Positions 62,778 to 64,000 of a stretch of 64,000 bases of DNA are shown piece after piece; position 1 is the stretch's first letter; each line of letters opens with the position of its first letter. The DNA lies in IMG/VR virus record IMGVR_UViG_3300032323_000817. One strand, given 5' to 3'. Below the pieces are notes generated by a model. That model saw only the letters and a program-made list of their open reading frames with translations. It ran no database searches and had not been told where the DNA came from. Source of the DNA: an uncultured virus (IMG/VR IMGVR_UViG_3300032323_000817). Taxonomy: Duplodnaviria; Heunggongvirae; Uroviricota; Caudoviricetes. The position numbers and the translations under genes are program-made.

Positions 62778-63563
62778 TTAAAAAGTAGTAATCTTGTAGT
62801 AAATATCCATGTTATATGGATTGGGATTATTGACCGTAATATCTAAAGAAGGTCCTCCCGTGACACTAAAGCTTAGTTGTCCAAAAGAAGCAGGAGTAGG
62901 ACTTTGAACGTCTACCCAAAAATTATATCCTAAGGGATTTCCTGCTAAGAAAGTAACATAAACAACACCAATTTCTTGTTCTCCATTGGCTGCTGAGTTA
63001 CGCTTAGCGTAGTATTCTAGTTTTAAGAATCCTACATCAGTACCACTAGTGTATAAACTAACAGTACTTCCTGTGTTTAGAGTGGCTGTACTAGGAGAAC
63101 TTCCTCCACCTCCTCCATTAGAGGCAGCAGTTATTCTACCTTGAGCATCTACAGTAATGTTAGCACTTGTATAAGAGCCTGCAGTTACTGCTGTATTGGC
63201 TAGAGAGATGGTTCCACTTGTTGAGATTGTTCCTCCGCTTAATCCTGTTCCTGCTGTGATAGAGGTAACAGTACCTAAGTACTGATCTCCGCTTACAGGA
63301 GTATAACCAAGAGCATCAATAACATCAGTACCTGTAAGGGTAATGTTACCTGTCCTTGTATTAAAAGAAGTCACTAACCCACTAGTATTTAGACTTAGAG
63401 TTACATCACCTGTACCTATGTCTATTCCAGTCTTAGTAGCAGTGAGTCCACTACCTACTAAAACCTTAGTCACTAGTGCTTGCCCTGAGACAGTAGTGTT
63501 TATATCCACTCTGCCTACAGATGCATTTTCAATAAGGGAACCACCAATCTGAGTTCTAGCCAT
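62778..63563 (-). CDS. Fibre-like structural protein (opposite strand)
   Basis: VTSFNTRTGNITL, GTVTSITAGTGLSGG and VTAGSYTSANITVDAQGRITAASNG fibre repeats. Confidence 0.75.
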   Translation of the reverse strand: MARTQIGGSLIENASVGRVDINTTVSGQALVTKVLVGSGLTATKTGIDIGTGDVTLSLNTSGLVTSFNTRTGNITLTGTDVIDALGYTPVSGDQYLGTVTSITAGTGLSGGTISTSGTISLANTAVTAGSYTSANITVDAQGRITAASNGGGGGSSPSTATLNTGSTVSLYTSGTDVGFLKLEYYAKRNSAANGEQEIGVVYVTFLAGNPLGYNFWVDVQSPTPASFGQLSFSVTGGPSLDITVNNPNPYNMDIYYKITTF

Positions 63564-63578
63564 ACTTAAAATTTGGTA

Positions 63579-63998
63579 TTAAGGTTTAATATAAGAAACA
63601 CGAATTTTATCGGTAGAAGTAGGAACAAACAACATAGTAATAGTAAAGGGAGCTAAACTACCTACAGTATAGTCATTACCTACACCTGGCTCCATCAACA
63701 CACCATTAAAGTATACATGTTCACTTCCTGCTACTGCAGAACCTGTTAAGGTAAATACAGTAGCTACACCATTAGGCAAAGGAGAAGGAGTTTCTCTTGT
63801 AGCAATGTTTGAGATGTTGATAGTTCCTGAAGGAAGATCAGCAGTACTCAAAGTTGTTCCAGCAGTAGCTCTACCCTTAGCATCTACGGTAATTTTAGTA
63901 TAGGTTCCTGCAGTAACTCCAGAGTTAGCCAAAGTCAAAGCAATAGAAGTAGTACCTGAACCTGTAGCATCACCTGTAACACTGATAGATTGGTTACC
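63579..63998 (-). CDS. Fibre-like structural protein, 5'-truncated by the window edge
   Basis: Frame stays open to the window end (GNQSISVTGDATGSGTTSIALTLANSGVTAGTYTKITVDAKGR); C-terminal 'NGVATVFTL..VYFNGV..DYT' domain. Confidence 0.75.
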   Translation of the reverse strand, partial: GNQSISVTGDATGSGTTSIALTLANSGVTAGTYTKITVDAKGRATAGTTLSTADLPSGTINISNIATRETPSPLPNGVATVFTLTGSAVAGSEHVYFNGVLMEPGVGNDYTVGSLAPFTITMLFVPTSTDKIRVSYIKP

Positions 63999-64000
63999 TG

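Noticed and set aside
63579..63938. 119-aa protein starting at 63938 as given in the ORF track
   Set aside because: The frame is open to the window edge, so the true start lies outside the window
1..64000. Alternative genetic code (TAG or TGA reassignment known in some crAss-like phages)
   Set aside because: Genes up to 12 kb are uninterrupted in the standard code, and both TGA (for example 2485, 5103, 6541) and TAG (3914) act as stops
1..64000. CRISPR array
   Set aside because: No regularly spaced 25-45-nt direct repeats; the only intergenic repeats are short A-rich leaders (ACTAAA, ACAAA)

Overview
This window is phage DNA and covers the virion (late) gene block of a crAss-like phage (Crassvirales-type podovirus). 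It uses the standard genetic code and is AT-rich. The host is almost certainly in Bacteroidota: promoters are of the TAnnTTTG type and leaders are A-rich without Shine-Dalgarno sites. Gene order on the + strand: (1) a five-gene cell-envelope module at 15-3914 (membrane protein, CsgG-like lipoprotein, Ser/Gly-linker beta-barrel protein, secreted EPN/WND C-type lectin, secreted protein); (2) a ~290-nt non-coding, highly base-paired element and a divergent promoter region; (3) HTH, IHF-like and Cys-rich genes; (4) terminase, portal, scaffold, major capsid protein, ring, auxiliary capsid and head-fibre proteins; (5) Cys-rich structural proteins and the tail muzzle; (6) a ferritin-like gene, a cluster of very basic small proteins and a GIY-YIG homing endonuclease; (7) cargo proteins, a 4135-aa virion RNA polymerase polyprotein (DYDID) and a 1941-aa zincin protein; (8) tail fibres, holin, spanin-like genes and a metallophosphoesterase. 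Two fibre genes lie on the opposite strand at the end. The most promising novelties are the envelope/lectin module, the structured element at ~3924-4205, the RLKxAY and xxGG motifs in basic internal proteins, and putative self-cleavage motifs bracketing both zincin domains. All product calls come from motif and synteny recognition by eye; no database search was run.
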